Source: Bacteroidales bacterium (GTDB lineage Bacteria; Bacteroidota; Bacteroidia; Bacteroidales; WCHB1-69). From it: a stretch of DNA of 64,000 nucleotides. The notes under the pieces were generated by a model, which saw nothing but the letters and a program-made list of their open reading frames with translations, had not been told where the DNA came from and searched no databases. Positions 28,048-37,616 of the stretch are shown here, one piece after another (position 1 is the stretch's first letter; each line of letters begins with the position of its first letter). The position numbers and the translations under genes were made by a program. The DNA lies in the NCBI GenBank assembly GCA_017506175.1, contig JAFVNW010000060.1, positions 11,490 through 75,489 of the forward strand. The letters run 5' to 3'.

Positions 28048-28239
28048 ATTCGTTGGTTTATAGATGTTTTTTCCGCCTACTCTTTGCGCTTTTCGGCTTC
28101 CGCGAAATTATTGTTGATTTAAATTGTTGGTTTTCAATTGATTGTAATGTTTGGTTTTTCTTAAAAAACAAGTCGCAAATATACAAGATTTTCAAGGTAA
28201 AAAAACAAAAAAAATTTTTTTGATTTTTTATAAATTATG

Positions 28240-28247
28240 TAACTTTG
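28240..28247 (+). promoter_or_regulatory. Bacteroidota -7 promoter box (TAACTTTG) ahead of rnfD
   Basis: TAnnTTTG match 15 nt upstream of ATG 28263, in an AT-rich 200-bp intergenic region. Confidence 0.5.
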
Positions 28248-28262
28248 CGCTCTCAAAATTTT

Positions 28263-29279
28263 ATGCAAATGGGTGATAAATTATTGAACGTTTCCGGTTC
28301 TCCGCACGTGCATGGCGAAGAGTCCGTGAAGAAAATAATGTGGTCGGTGGTCATTGCCTTGATGCCGGCTTTTTTGGTGTCAGTATTCTATTTCGGTCTT
28401 CCTGCATTGCTGCTGACGCTCATTTCAGTGGGCTGTTGTGTCCTGTTTGAATATCTCATTCAGCGTTTTTTGTTGAAGGGTGACTGCACCATCGGCGACG
28501 GTTCAGCTGTGATTACTGGTTTGCTGGTGGCTTTCAACGTACCCGCAAATCTTCCTATCTGGATTTTGATTCTGGGCGATCTCGTCGCTATAGCCATTGC
28601 CAAAATGGCGTTCGGCGGTCTTGGCAAGAACCTTTTCAACCCCGCGATCACGGCGCGTGTGTTCCTGCTCATCTCTTTCCCTGTGCAGATGACCACGTGG
28701 CCGACGCCAGAACCCATCTGGAAACTCGGCTCCTGGGCTGATGCCGTGACCGGTCCCACCCCGCTCGGAATTATTAAAGAGGGTGTCAAGAATGGTCAGA
28801 CGGTCGATGCGCTCTCAAGTGCGCTGCCCAGCAATGTGGACATGCTCCTCGGCCAGATGGGCGGCAGCTTCGGCGAAGTCTCCACCATCGCCATCCTCAT
28901 CGGTGCCATATATCTGCTCTTCCGCAAAGTCATCACCTGGCATATCCCCGTCGCCTTCATCCTTACCGCTTTCGTCTTCGCAGGCATCTTCTGGCTGGTT
29001 GACCCGACGCATTATGCCAACCCCTGTTTCCATTTGGTCACCGGCGGTCTGATGCTTGGCGCCTGCTTCATGGCCACCGATATGGTCACCTCCCCGACAT
29101 CGCCTTGGGGCATGATTGTCTTTGGCTTCGGCTGCGGCCTGATTACCATGATTATCCGTCTGTTCGGTGCCTATCCGGAAGGTGTTTCCTTCTCCATCCT
29201 GATTATGAACGCCCTCGTTCCGCTCATCGATCGGGCCTTCAAACCGAAGAAATTCGGCGCAATTAAAGTGAAAAATTAA
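28263..29279 (+). CDS. rnfD: Rnf electron transport complex subunit D (ATG 28263 preferred over TTG 28245)
   Basis: N-terminal VSGSPHVH motif, about 10 TM helices, about 340 aa (RnfD size rather than NqrB). Confidence 0.85.
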   Translation: MQMGDKLLNVSGSPHVHGEESVKKIMWSVVIALMPAFLVSVFYFGLPALLLTLISVGCCVLFEYLIQRFLLKGDCTIGDGSAVITGLLVAFNVPANLPIWILILGDLVAIAIAKMAFGGLGKNLFNPAITARVFLLISFPVQMTTWPTPEPIWKLGSWADAVTGPTPLGIIKEGVKNGQTVDALSSALPSNVDMLLGQMGGSFGEVSTIAILIGAIYLLFRKVITWHIPVAFILTAFVFAGIFWLVDPTHYANPCFHLVTGGLMLGACFMATDMVTSPTSPWGMIVFGFGCGLITMIIRLFGAYPEGVSFSILIMNALVPLIDRAFKPKKFGAIKVKN

Positions 29280-29377
29280 GGTGGATTGCTTGGGTTCAAG
29301 CACGGGCTCGGCTCCTGCACCAACAAGCAATTCAACAAACGACTAAGCAAATCAACGATTAAACAAATCAAAAAATA

Positions 29378-29980
29378 ATGGGTAAAGCAAAATCATCCTT
29401 AATGACCATGGTGCTGTGTCTGCTGCTGATTGCAGTGGCGGCGGCATCGGCTTTGGCTGGTGTCTATATGCTGACGAAGCCTTCTATTGATCAGGTAGAA
29501 GCGCAGAAGAAAAGCGATGCGATGAAGGCCGTTCTTCCGAATTTCAAGGGCGAAACCAAGTTGGTTCCCATCACGTTGGAGGGCGACAATGCCCCCGTCA
29601 ATGTGAACCTCGCCTATAATGTTGACGGCACCCTTTTCGGTGCGGCAGTTGAAACCTACACCATGAAGGCGTTTAGCGGTAGTTTCACGATCATGGTGGG
29701 ATTTGATACAACTGGAACAATTCTCGGCACAGAGGTCATCAAGGCCAGCGAGACCCCCGGACTGGGAAGCAACATCAGCAACAAGGAGAAATTCTCCGGG
29801 CAGTTTGCCGACAAAAAACTGAACCCCTCGAAGGAGCAGTTCCAATTGAAAGTGAAGAAAGACGGAGGAACGGTGGACGCCATCACTGCGGCGACCATCT
29901 CTTCGCGCGCTTTCTGTGATGCGGTTAACCGCGGAGCGGAGGCTTTTGAACAGGCTAAAAAGAAAGGAGTTAGCAAATGA
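29378..29980 (+). CDS. rnfG: Rnf complex subunit G (FMN-binding)
   Basis: Single N-terminal TM helix, FMN attachment motif DAITAATISSRA, 200 aa. Confidence 0.85.
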   Translation: MGKAKSSLMTMVLCLLLIAVAAASALAGVYMLTKPSIDQVEAQKKSDAMKAVLPNFKGETKLVPITLEGDNAPVNVNLAYNVDGTLFGAAVETYTMKAFSGSFTIMVGFDTTGTILGTEVIKASETPGLGSNISNKEKFSGQFADKKLNPSKEQFQLKVKKDGGTVDAITAATISSRAFCDAVNRGAEAFEQAKKKGVSK

Positions 29981-30567
29981 AAAAACTGAAAATCTTTCTG
30001 AACGGAATCATCAAGGAGAACCCGACTTTCGTTCTGGTATTGGGTATGTGCCCTACGCTGGGCGTCACCACCTCGGCTTTCAATGGCTTCGGCATGGGCT
30101 TGGCCACCACTTTCGTGCTGCTGATGTCCAACATCCTGATTTCCTTGCTTAAGAATGTGATTCCCGACAAAGTCCGTATCCCCGCGTTCATCGTGGTGAT
30201 AGCCACCTTCGTTTCCATGATCGACCTGCTGATACAGGGCTTTGTCCCCGCATTGGGAGAGAGCCTCGGCCTGTTCATCCCGTTGATTGTAGTGAACTGC
30301 ATCGTTTTGGGGCGTGCGGAAGCCTTCGCCTCCAAGAGCAGCGTCCTTGATTCCGCCCTCGACGGGCTTGGCATGGGGCTCGGTTTCACGCTTAGCTTGA
30401 CCATCATCGGTGCCGTCCGCGAAATCCTCGGCGCAGGTGCCATCTTCGGTTGCCAAATCCTCCCCGAAACATACAATATTTTAATATTCGTCCTCGCTCC
30501 CGGCGCTTTCATCGTGCTCGGCCTGCTGATGGCACTTGTCCGCAGTCTTCAAAAAACCGACAAATAA
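29977..30567 (+). CDS. rnfE: Rnf complex subunit E
   Basis: NPTFVLVLGMCPTLGVTTSA N-terminus typical of RnfE/NqrD. ATGA overlap with rnfG. Confidence 0.88.
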   Translation: MKKLKIFLNGIIKENPTFVLVLGMCPTLGVTTSAFNGFGMGLATTFVLLMSNILISLLKNVIPDKVRIPAFIVVIATFVSMIDLLIQGFVPALGESLGLFIPLIVVNCIVLGRAEAFASKSSVLDSALDGLGMGLGFTLSLTIIGAVREILGAGAIFGCQILPETYNILIFVLAPGAFIVLGLLMALVRSLQKTDK

Positions 30568-30585
30568 CCTCTAAATCTTTGAGTT

Positions 30586-31170
30586 ATGGAATATTTATTG
30601 ATGATTATCGCTTGCGTTTTCGTAAACAACATCATATTATCACAGTTCTTGGGCATCTGCCCCTTTTTGGGCGTCTCCAATAAACTCAGTACCGCTCTCG
30701 GTATGGGTGTCGCTGTCATCTTTGTGATGACCCTCGCCACCCTCGTCACCTCCCTTGTCCAGGTTTATGTGCTGGTGCCGCTGGAAATCACCTTCCTCCA
30801 GACCATCGCCTTCATCCTGATCATCGCCGCCTTGGTACAGATGGTTGAAATCGTCTTGAAGAAAACCAGCCCCTCGCTGTATCAGGCGTTGGGTATCTTC
30901 CTGCCTCTGATTACCACCAACTGCGCTGTCCTTGGCGTGGCCATCGGTGTTACTCAAAAACCTGATTTCACCATTTTGGACAGCGTGATCTATACCGCGG
31001 CCACCGCTGTCGGCTTTACCGTCGCCATCCTGATTTTCGCCGGACTGCGCGAACAACTCGAACTGGTGAAGGTACCGAAAGCTATGCGCGGTGTGCCGAT
31101 CGCTCTCATCACCGCTGGCATCCTCTCCATGGCCTTTATGGGTTTCGCCAATCTGGTAAAGACATTCTAA
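30586..31170 (+). CDS. rnfA: Rnf complex subunit A
   Basis: NNIILSQFLGICPFLGVS motif typical of RnfA/NqrE; 194 aa. Confidence 0.88.
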   Translation: MEYLLMIIACVFVNNIILSQFLGICPFLGVSNKLSTALGMGVAVIFVMTLATLVTSLVQVYVLVPLEITFLQTIAFILIIAALVQMVEIVLKKTSPSLYQALGIFLPLITTNCAVLGVAIGVTQKPDFTILDSVIYTAATAVGFTVAILIFAGLREQLELVKVPKAMRGVPIALITAGILSMAFMGFANLVKTF

Positions 31171-31247
31171 TCTTGAAGCAAGGAACTTTTTTAATCAATC
31201 AATCCCCAACGATTCTAACAATCAAACAATCAACGATTAATTCCTCT

Positions 31248-32360
31248 ATGAAACGTATCTTTATAGCCGGCCTCCTTTTGTTGTCGGCTTTTTCTGTGTT
31301 CGCTCAAAAAAAAGTCACTCCGCTTCCGTTGGACAGTGGCTTTCAGTTCAAGCAGAATTATATCTTCTATGCCTTGCCGCAGACTGCTTTCAAGATGAAT
31401 GTTGTCGTGGCACGCACCCACGAAATGGCCGGCATTTATGCAGACTATGCAGGGAAACTGCTCGGATTGACAAACGTCATCACGCAGGATAAAATCGTCT
31501 ATTCTTTAAAAAGTATTGAAATTGAACAAGTTGCGATTCCCGATACGCATCATTTGTATGTGGTGGAGCTTTCACCCAAACAGATGAAGAGTGATCTTTT
31601 CACGGATGTTTGTTTGAAGCAGTCTGCGGCGGGACAGAATGCCGAGGCGCACACCTATCAGCGCAGCAATCTGGAGATTCCGGATTTCTTCCGTTATTAT
31701 TCAGATTTGGCCTATATGGAACAAGAAAATAGCTATGTGGAGACGCAGATTATTGATGGAGTGGTACGTCAGGTGCCGGCTAGCAAGGTGCAGAAGGTAC
31801 CCAAGTCGAATGAACAGCAGGCGCAGGAAGCCGCCGACATGATTGCGAAAATCCGTGAGGACCGGTACGCGCTCCTGACGGGTGCGCAGGAGGTATCCTA
31901 TTCTGCCGATGCATTGGACAGAATGCTCGCCCAATTGGATGAAATGGAAAAGAACTACATTTCCCTCTTTACAGGCTTTGAAATTGAAGAGGTTGAAAAT
32001 CATACGGTCGTGGTCGTACCTTCGGGTGAAAGCACCTTTGCATTTTCAATTTCACCCAAAGCCGGATTCTCAACGGTCGCGGCCGGTGATATCAATGACA
32101 ATTTCACTGTTGTGCTCCGGCCGGTTGACTATGCATCCAGTTGCACCGATTTTACCTCGCAGTTGGGCTGCGCTAAGAATTACAAACCGCGGGACGGCTA
32201 TAGAATCAGATTGGCGGCTCCAGCGCAAGTACTTGTGAATCAGGGCGAAAAGACCATTTATTCAATTGTTATGGCTCCTGTTTACCAATTGGGGAAAATC
32301 GAGACGCTTTCTCGCGGCCATGATGAACTGGATATTGAAAAGTTCGGTCTGATATATTGA
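31248..32360 (+). CDS. hypothetical exported protein (ATG 31248 preferred; the ORF track starts at TTG 31173)
   Basis: From 31248 the protein begins MKRIFIAGLLLLSAFSVFAQ, a clean signal peptide. No domain recognised. Confidence 0.6.
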   Translation: MKRIFIAGLLLLSAFSVFAQKKVTPLPLDSGFQFKQNYIFYALPQTAFKMNVVVARTHEMAGIYADYAGKLLGLTNVITQDKIVYSLKSIEIEQVAIPDTHHLYVVELSPKQMKSDLFTDVCLKQSAAGQNAEAHTYQRSNLEIPDFFRYYSDLAYMEQENSYVETQIIDGVVRQVPASKVQKVPKSNEQQAQEAADMIAKIREDRYALLTGAQEVSYSADALDRMLAQLDEMEKNYISLFTGFEIEEVENHTVVVVPSGESTFAFSISPKAGFSTVAAGDINDNFTVVLRPVDYASSCTDFTSQLGCAKNYKPRDGYRIRLAAPAQVLVNQGEKTIYSIVMAPVYQLGKIETLSRGHDELDIEKFGLIY

Positions 32361-32375
32361 TTTTTGCTTTGACCG

Positions 32376-32918
32376 ATGAATAAGAATTTGATTTTGATGA
32401 GCAAGATGCATTTTAGATTTGTTCCTGTTATTATTGCCGTCATGACGGTTCTTCTTTTTATTTCTTGTAAAAAAGAGCCGACATTGGAGGAGAAAATTGC
32501 AGATGTCTCGTTGCAATATACAAAAGATTATTTGAAGGAGGAGTTGCGGGGAGGCACCGTTGATAGTGTGACCGTGTCGAGCTTTGATTCGTTGAACCGT
32601 TTTGACTACTGCACCACCTCTTTGAATTTCTTGCAAGAGTTTGAAGAGGCTTATCAGGCTGAATATGAAAGTGTTGAGGAAAGCGGCGATGAGGAGGCTC
32701 TGAGTCAGATTAAAGTGCACCTGGCGGCTGTTCACGAAGCGCAAGACTATTATACCGAATGTCTGGACCGTTTCAAGGAAGACGACAAGGACCTCATTCT
32801 GTATCTGGTCAAGGCGAAGTTCTATGTGCAAGGTCGCTCGGAACCTTTTTTCCTCTTTCTCACCCCTGACTTGAAAGTGCATGCTTTCAATCCGCTGGAC
32901 AGTTCGCCCCTGGATTGA
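32376..32918 (+). CDS. hypothetical lipoprotein
   Basis: Lipobox VLLFISCKKEP; 180 aa. Confidence 0.55.
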   Translation: MNKNLILMSKMHFRFVPVIIAVMTVLLFISCKKEPTLEEKIADVSLQYTKDYLKEELRGGTVDSVTVSSFDSLNRFDYCTTSLNFLQEFEEAYQAEYESVEESGDEEALSQIKVHLAAVHEAQDYYTECLDRFKEDDKDLILYLVKAKFYVQGRSEPFFLFLTPDLKVHAFNPLDSSPLD

Positions 32919-32996
32919 GTTTCGCACTGAACTTTTCTCGGTCTTTTTTGTTGTCTTTTTTATCAACAAAGTATTGACAAACGCTTTTTGATGTTG

Positions 32997-33004
32997 TATT
33001 TTTG
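32997..33004 (+). promoter_or_regulatory. Bacteroidota -7 promoter box (TATTTTTG)
   Basis: TAnnTTTG match 32 nt upstream of ATG 33036. Confidence 0.5.
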
Positions 33005-33035
33005 CAAGTTAAAATTTTTAGATAGGTAAATCAGC

Positions 33036-34094
33036 ATGAAGTTATCCCAGTTTAAGTTTTATTTGCCTCAGGAACTGATTGCGCTTCATCCCACGGAACA
33101 GCGCGACGAGGCTCGTTTGATGGTGCTTGATAGAAAGACGCAAACCATTGAGCATAAGTTGTTTAAGGATATTCTCGATTATTTTGACGAGGGGGACGTC
33201 TTTGTAATTAACAACACAAAAGTCTTCCCTTCACTATTATATGGTGAAAAGGAGAAGACCGGTGCCAAAATTCGCGTTTCTTTGTTGCGAGAATTGGATG
33301 AAGAAAGCCGCTTGTGGGATGTCTTGGTGGACCCCGCTCGTAAAATCCGTATCGGAAACAAGCTTTATTTCGGCGAAAACAACGATTTGGTTGCCGAGGT
33401 GATTGACAATACCACCTCTCGCGGGCGTACCATCCGTTTCCTTTATGATGACAACGACCATGACGCCTTCCGTGCCAAGCTTTGTCAGCTCGGTTCCATG
33501 CCGATCCCTGAGGATATTCAGCGGTTGCGCGACATCGTTCCTGAAGACGAGCAGGACTACCAGACCATCTATGCTAAGAACCTGGGCGGCGTTGCAGCGC
33601 CGAGTGCGGGCTTCCATTTAAGCCGCGAACTTTTGAAACGGCTGGAAATCAAGGGCGTGGAGTTCGCCGAACTGACCTTGCACGCAGGCCTCGGCAACTT
33701 CCGCGATATTGATGTGGAGGATTTGACCAAGCACAAGACCGATTCTGAGGCGATGATCATCACGGAAGCTTGCGCCAAGATAATCAACGATGCCAAGGAT
33801 GCCGGACACAAGGTTTGTGCCATCGGAACCACCTCCATGAAAGCATTGGAGTCGTCCACCTATCCCAACGGGCATGTAAAACCCTTCAATGGATGGACCA
33901 ACAAGTTCATCTTCCCGCCTCACAATTTCATGATTGCCCACTCCATGGTCACCAACTTCCATCAGTCGCAAAGTCCAATGCTGATGATGGCGGCGGCTTT
34001 CGGCGGTTATGAGTTCGTGATGCACGCCTATAAGGTGGCTGTGGAAGAGAAGTATCGCTTCCTTACATTCGGCGACGCGATGCTGATACTGTAA
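33036..34094 (+). CDS. queA: S-adenosylmethionine:tRNA ribosyltransferase-isomerase
   Basis: [19 protein letters not shown]...[12 protein letters not shown]-terminus and C-terminal [19 protein letters not shown] motif. Confidence 0.93.
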   Translation: MKLSQFKFYLPQELIALHPTEQRDEARLMVLDRKTQTIEHKLFKDILDYFDEGDVFVINNTKVFPSLLYGEKEKTGAKIRVSLLRELDEESRLWDVLVDPARKIRIGNKLYFGENNDLVAEVIDNTTSRGRTIRFLYDDNDHDAFRAKLCQLGSMPIPEDIQRLRDIVPEDEQDYQTIYAKNLGGVAAPSAGFHLSRELLKRLEIKGVEFAELTLHAGLGNFRDIDVEDLTKHKTDSEAMIITEACAKIINDAKDAGHKVCAIGTTSMKALESSTYPNGHVKPFNGWTNKFIFPPHNFMIAHSMVTNFHQSQSPMLMMAAAFGGYEFVMHAYKVAVEEKYRFLTFGDAMLIL

Positions 34095-34261
34095 TTTTGA
34101 TGAATTGTGCTTAGTGAGCTGCGAATTGAAATCACGTGTTTTCAGTTCACGGTTCACTAAGCTCTTTTTAAAGGCGGTAGTAGCTCCTTCAGGACCGCTT
34201 TTGGGCCAATCATCGTTTTGGCGGATCATTCAATACTGTTATAATCATCAAATCAACAAAT

Positions 34262-35605
34262 ATGGAAATAGCATTTGTCATCTTGGCCTCTGCCGCCTGC
34301 ATTCTTTTAGTGCTGGTTCTAGTGAAATTGTCTGTCGGAAAATCGAACGGAGACGATGCACACCTCGCTGCGAACTTAGCTGCCGAGAAGGCCAAATCCG
34401 ACTTGCAGGCGCAGACCATCATGCGGTTGCAGGCGGAGAAAAACGATTTGCAGGCGAAAATGGATGGCAGGACTGCGGATTTGGCGGCGGCGAAGACGCT
34501 CAATTCAGAGTTGGAGCGACAGCTCGCATGCCAGAAAGAGGAACTTGCGAGGATGAACGAAAAGCTGAAGGCCGAGTTCCAGAATATCGCCACAATGGTC
34601 ACTGCGGCGAGTGCGAAGGAACTATCGCGGACAAACACCGAAAAGTTGGAGGGTATCTTGAGCCCGTTTGCCGAGAAATTGAACGAGTTGAAACAGCAGG
34701 TGAGCGACGCTTACGACAAGGAGAGCCGCGACAAGGCCGGTCTGCGCGAGGAAATCAAGCAGCTGATGGAACTGAACAAGCAGATGAGCGAGGATGCTGT
34801 GGACCTTACGCGTGCGCTGAAAGGTGACGCCAAGACGCAAGGCAATTGGGGCGAACTCGTTCTGGAACGGGTACTCGACCTCGCTGGTTTGGTGAAAGGC
34901 ATTGAGTACGACAGGGAAGTGGCGATTGAAAATGGCAAGTACCGCCCCGACGTGGTGGTGCATCTTCCGGAGGACAAACACATCATCGTTGATTCCAAGG
35001 TGTCGCTCACGGCATACGAGCGGATGGTCAACTCCGACGACCCGCAGGAATTCCAGCGGTTGCAGAAGGAACACGTCAATTCCATCAAAAAGCACATCGA
35101 CGAGTTGAATGCGAAGAACTATCAGAACCTCAAGGCTTTCGACACACCGAATTTCGTGCTGATGTTCATCCCCGTGGAATCCTCCTTCTCGGCGGCAGTC
35201 CAAATCGACCAGTCGCTGTATAATTACGCCTTGCAAAGGAATGTGGTGATGGTGACGCCCTCCACCTTGCTGGCCACGCTACGCACGGTCGCCAGCATTT
35301 GGCAGCATGAGAAACAGAACCGCAACACGTTGGAAATAGCGAGGATGAGCGGTAAGTTGTACGACAAGCTTTGCGGCTTTCTCTCCGATATGGAGAAAAT
35401 TGACAAGGCGTTAAAGTCAGCGCAGAGTTCCTACAACGATGCTGTCAGCAAATTGTCCTCAGGCACGGGCAACGCCATCGCCACGGCGGAGAAGATTAAG
35501 AAACTGGGGGCAAAAACCACCAAGTCAATCTCTTCTGATTATCTCTTGACGGAGGAGGGGGAGGAGCTGGATGCCTTGCCTGAAGCTAAAAAGGATGAGG
35601 TGTAG
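34262..35605 (+). CDS. rmuC: DNA recombination protein RmuC
   Basis: N-terminal TM helix, long coiled coil, GNWGELVLERVL and RPDVVVHLPEDKHIIVDSK motifs. Confidence 0.9.
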   Translation: MEIAFVILASAACILLVLVLVKLSVGKSNGDDAHLAANLAAEKAKSDLQAQTIMRLQAEKNDLQAKMDGRTADLAAAKTLNSELERQLACQKEELARMNEKLKAEFQNIATMVTAASAKELSRTNTEKLEGILSPFAEKLNELKQQVSDAYDKESRDKAGLREEIKQLMELNKQMSEDAVDLTRALKGDAKTQGNWGELVLERVLDLAGLVKGIEYDREVAIENGKYRPDVVVHLPEDKHIIVDSKVSLTAYERMVNSDDPQEFQRLQKEHVNSIKKHIDELNAKNYQNLKAFDTPNFVLMFIPVESSFSAAVQIDQSLYNYALQRNVVMVTPSTLLATLRTVASIWQHEKQNRNTLEIARMSGKLYDKLCGFLSDMEKIDKALKSAQSSYNDAVSKLSSGTGNAIATAEKIKKLGAKTTKSISSDYLLTEEGEELDALPEAKKDEV

Positions 35606-35646
35606 TCGGAGACATTCCGATTCGCTCAACGGGGAAGTTCTCGCGT

Positions 35647-36909
35647 CTATTCTGTCTTCATACCGATGAAGTAGATGCTGCCGGTGGTGTTTTCTGTGAT
35701 AATGTAGATGAACGGGCGATTGGCATGGAAGATGGCGGTTGGTGTAGGGCGCGGGGCGGAAGAGGTGGTCCTCATCTCCACTACTGTTACGGCGGCGGCT
35801 TCGGTTCCCTTCTCATCCACCTCGATTTTGCATTTCTGGAGCACCCGCGAAATGTAGGCACTTCTGTCGCTCAGGCGCGTGAAATCGGCGGCGGAGGGCG
35901 AGAAAGCGTCTTTCATGCCCAATTGTTTGAGAGGACTGTTCAGTATGATGGAGTATTCGCTGCTGAACTTGGGAAGTTTCAGGTCCACCATGTATTTTGA
36001 GGCCGATTGCATCGCCTGTTGCCAGCTTTCCCCGTTGAGGGAGGCGAGCACGTCGGCGATGGTCTTGCCCTCCGCCGGCAGAAGCACTTCCATGCTGTAC
36101 CCTTCGTTCCCGTAGGGGAGTCGGACCATGGAGAACATATCGTTCTCAACGTACCTCATCTGGTCATTGCGATGCATCATCTCCACCGTCTTCTTCCCTC
36201 CTGTAGCTGTGGTGAAAACCTCGTTTCGGGTCTGTTTCTTGTCGAATTCGTCGCGCCACGATCCCTTGAAATAGATGGCGTTCATTGCATACAGGGAGGC
36301 ATCGGGGGAGGTTTCGTCGAGGATGTAGCGGATCATGCCGTGCGTATGGTCGCTGGCCCATTTGTTGACGATGCCGGCCACGTCAACGCTGGCGAAATCC
36401 ATATTCTTGACCTCTGCCATGTATTGTTCGGTGGCGCTCTGCTTGAAAGCCTTCTTCAGTGGGTAGTTGTTATTGGCGAGGATGGCGTTGGCTATTTCAA
36501 TCTTAATGCTGGGGTCCACCTTGGGCGCCCCCGTGAGCATAAGGTGGAAGAAGTCGTTCATCGCTGACTCGTTTGCAGAGGAGAAACCGAGCGTAGCCGC
36601 CATCTGTTCGCGCGTCTGCCCGCTGGCGCCGTTGGAGAGCATCCCCAGCACGTAGGAGGCGCTGAGAGGGGAGAGCAGCACGTCGCCCTTCTCCGACTCT
36701 TCCACAACGGCGGCCATCCTGAAAGCGTAGTTGTTGCCATCGATGACGAATTGTTGCTGTTCGGACGTCAATTCTATGGGCTCTATGGGGTGTGGCTTGT
36801 CGCCCAAAGTGGAGGGGAGCTTTTGTCCATAGCTGATGCGGCTGCACGAAGAAGATGCCACACTGGTGAGGAGGATGAGCAGGGAAATGATGGTGATATG
36901 ATGTTTCAT
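35647..36909 (-). CDS. serpin-family protease inhibitor, lipoprotein-type signal
   Basis: NAIYFKGSWRDEFD, hinge EKGTEAAAVT, then FHANRPFIYII. The N-terminal LLTSVASSSCS lipobox-like signal suggests surface anchoring. Confidence 0.88.
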   Translation of the reverse strand: MKHHITIISLLILLTSVASSSCSRISYGQKLPSTLGDKPHPIEPIELTSEQQQFVIDGNNYAFRMAAVVEESEKGDVLLSPLSASYVLGMLSNGASGQTREQMAATLGFSSANESAMNDFFHLMLTGAPKVDPSIKIEIANAILANNNYPLKKAFKQSATEQYMAEVKNMDFASVDVAGIVNKWASDHTHGMIRYILDETSPDASLYAMNAIYFKGSWRDEFDKKQTRNEVFTTATGGKKTVEMMHRNDQMRYVENDMFSMVRLPYGNEGYSMEVLLPAEGKTIADVLASLNGESWQQAMQSASKYMVDLKLPKFSSEYSIILNSPLKQLGMKDAFSPSAADFTRLSDRSAYISRVLQKCKIEVDEKGTEAAAVTVVEMRTTSSAPRPTPTAIFHANRPFIYIITENTTGSIYFIGMKTE

Positions 36910-37014
36910 AATGATGCGGTTTGATTTGTCGAATGTTTAACGTTGAATGATTGGGAAAAGTATATTTTAAGGAGATGAAATGGAGAAGGAAAAAGAAAAA
37001 AACGTACCGAAGGG

Positions 37015-37614
37015 TTGGGAAGGGGCATCGGAATCCTCGGCAACTTGTTTGGCGGAAGGATTGGCAGCATCGGCGGTGCCCTCGAGTCGGGTGCGAATGT
37101 ACTTCAAGACAAGCTGGGTGACAAGAGCCCTCAATGGAGAAAAGAGCAGGAGAAGTCGTTTGACGAGGCGCAGGAGGAGGTCCGGCCGCATTTTATCAAA
37201 TCTCCTTCTTGCAACAAATGGGTGTGCTCTGACTGTTGGAACGAGGAGGAGGGATTGTGCATCGACTGCGCTCCCCGCGAGAGCACTTACGTAGCGAAGG
37301 CGCGTAGTGAGGCCATGCGTCGCAACATTGATGAGGCTGCGGAGAAAGCTACTGTGTGGCACGGAGAAATTGAGGCGCGGACGACCTTGTGCCCGCATTG
37401 CGGCAAGCCCGCCGGCAACGGCAATTTCTGCAACCATTGTGGACAGTCTCTGAGAATGCTCAAGTGCCCCAAGTGCGGTGCGACCTTGCAGCCGAACATG
37501 AAATTCTGTGGTGAATGTGGCACACCCGTCGGCGCGAAGAACGTATGCCCCAAGTGCGGAACCGAGAATGAGCCGGGAACCAAATACTGCGGCGAGTGCG
37601 GAGCTAAATTGTAG
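37015..37614 (+). CDS. zinc-ribbon domain protein (start uncertain: TTG 37015, or ATG 36980 plus a 1-nt indel in an A7 run)
   Basis: Four tandem CxxC...CxxC ribbons (CPHCGKPAGNGNFCNHCG, CPKCGATLQPNMKFCGECG, CPKCGTENEPGTKYCGECG) after a Gly-rich N-terminus. Confidence 0.7.
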   Translation: MGRGIGILGNLFGGRIGSIGGALESGANVLQDKLGDKSPQWRKEQEKSFDEAQEEVRPHFIKSPSCNKWVCSDCWNEEEGLCIDCAPRESTYVAKARSEAMRRNIDEAAEKATVWHGEIEARTTLCPHCGKPAGNGNFCNHCGQSLRMLKCPKCGATLQPNMKFCGECGTPVGAKNVCPKCGTENEPGTKYCGECGAKL

Positions 37615-37616
37615 CC

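Noticed and set aside
28263-31170. Whether the four membrane genes are NqrBCDE rather than RnfDGEA.
   Set aside because: The subunit sizes fit Rnf (D about 340 aa, G 200 aa). The N-terminal SPH motif fits RnfD. No nqrA upstream or nqrF downstream is present.
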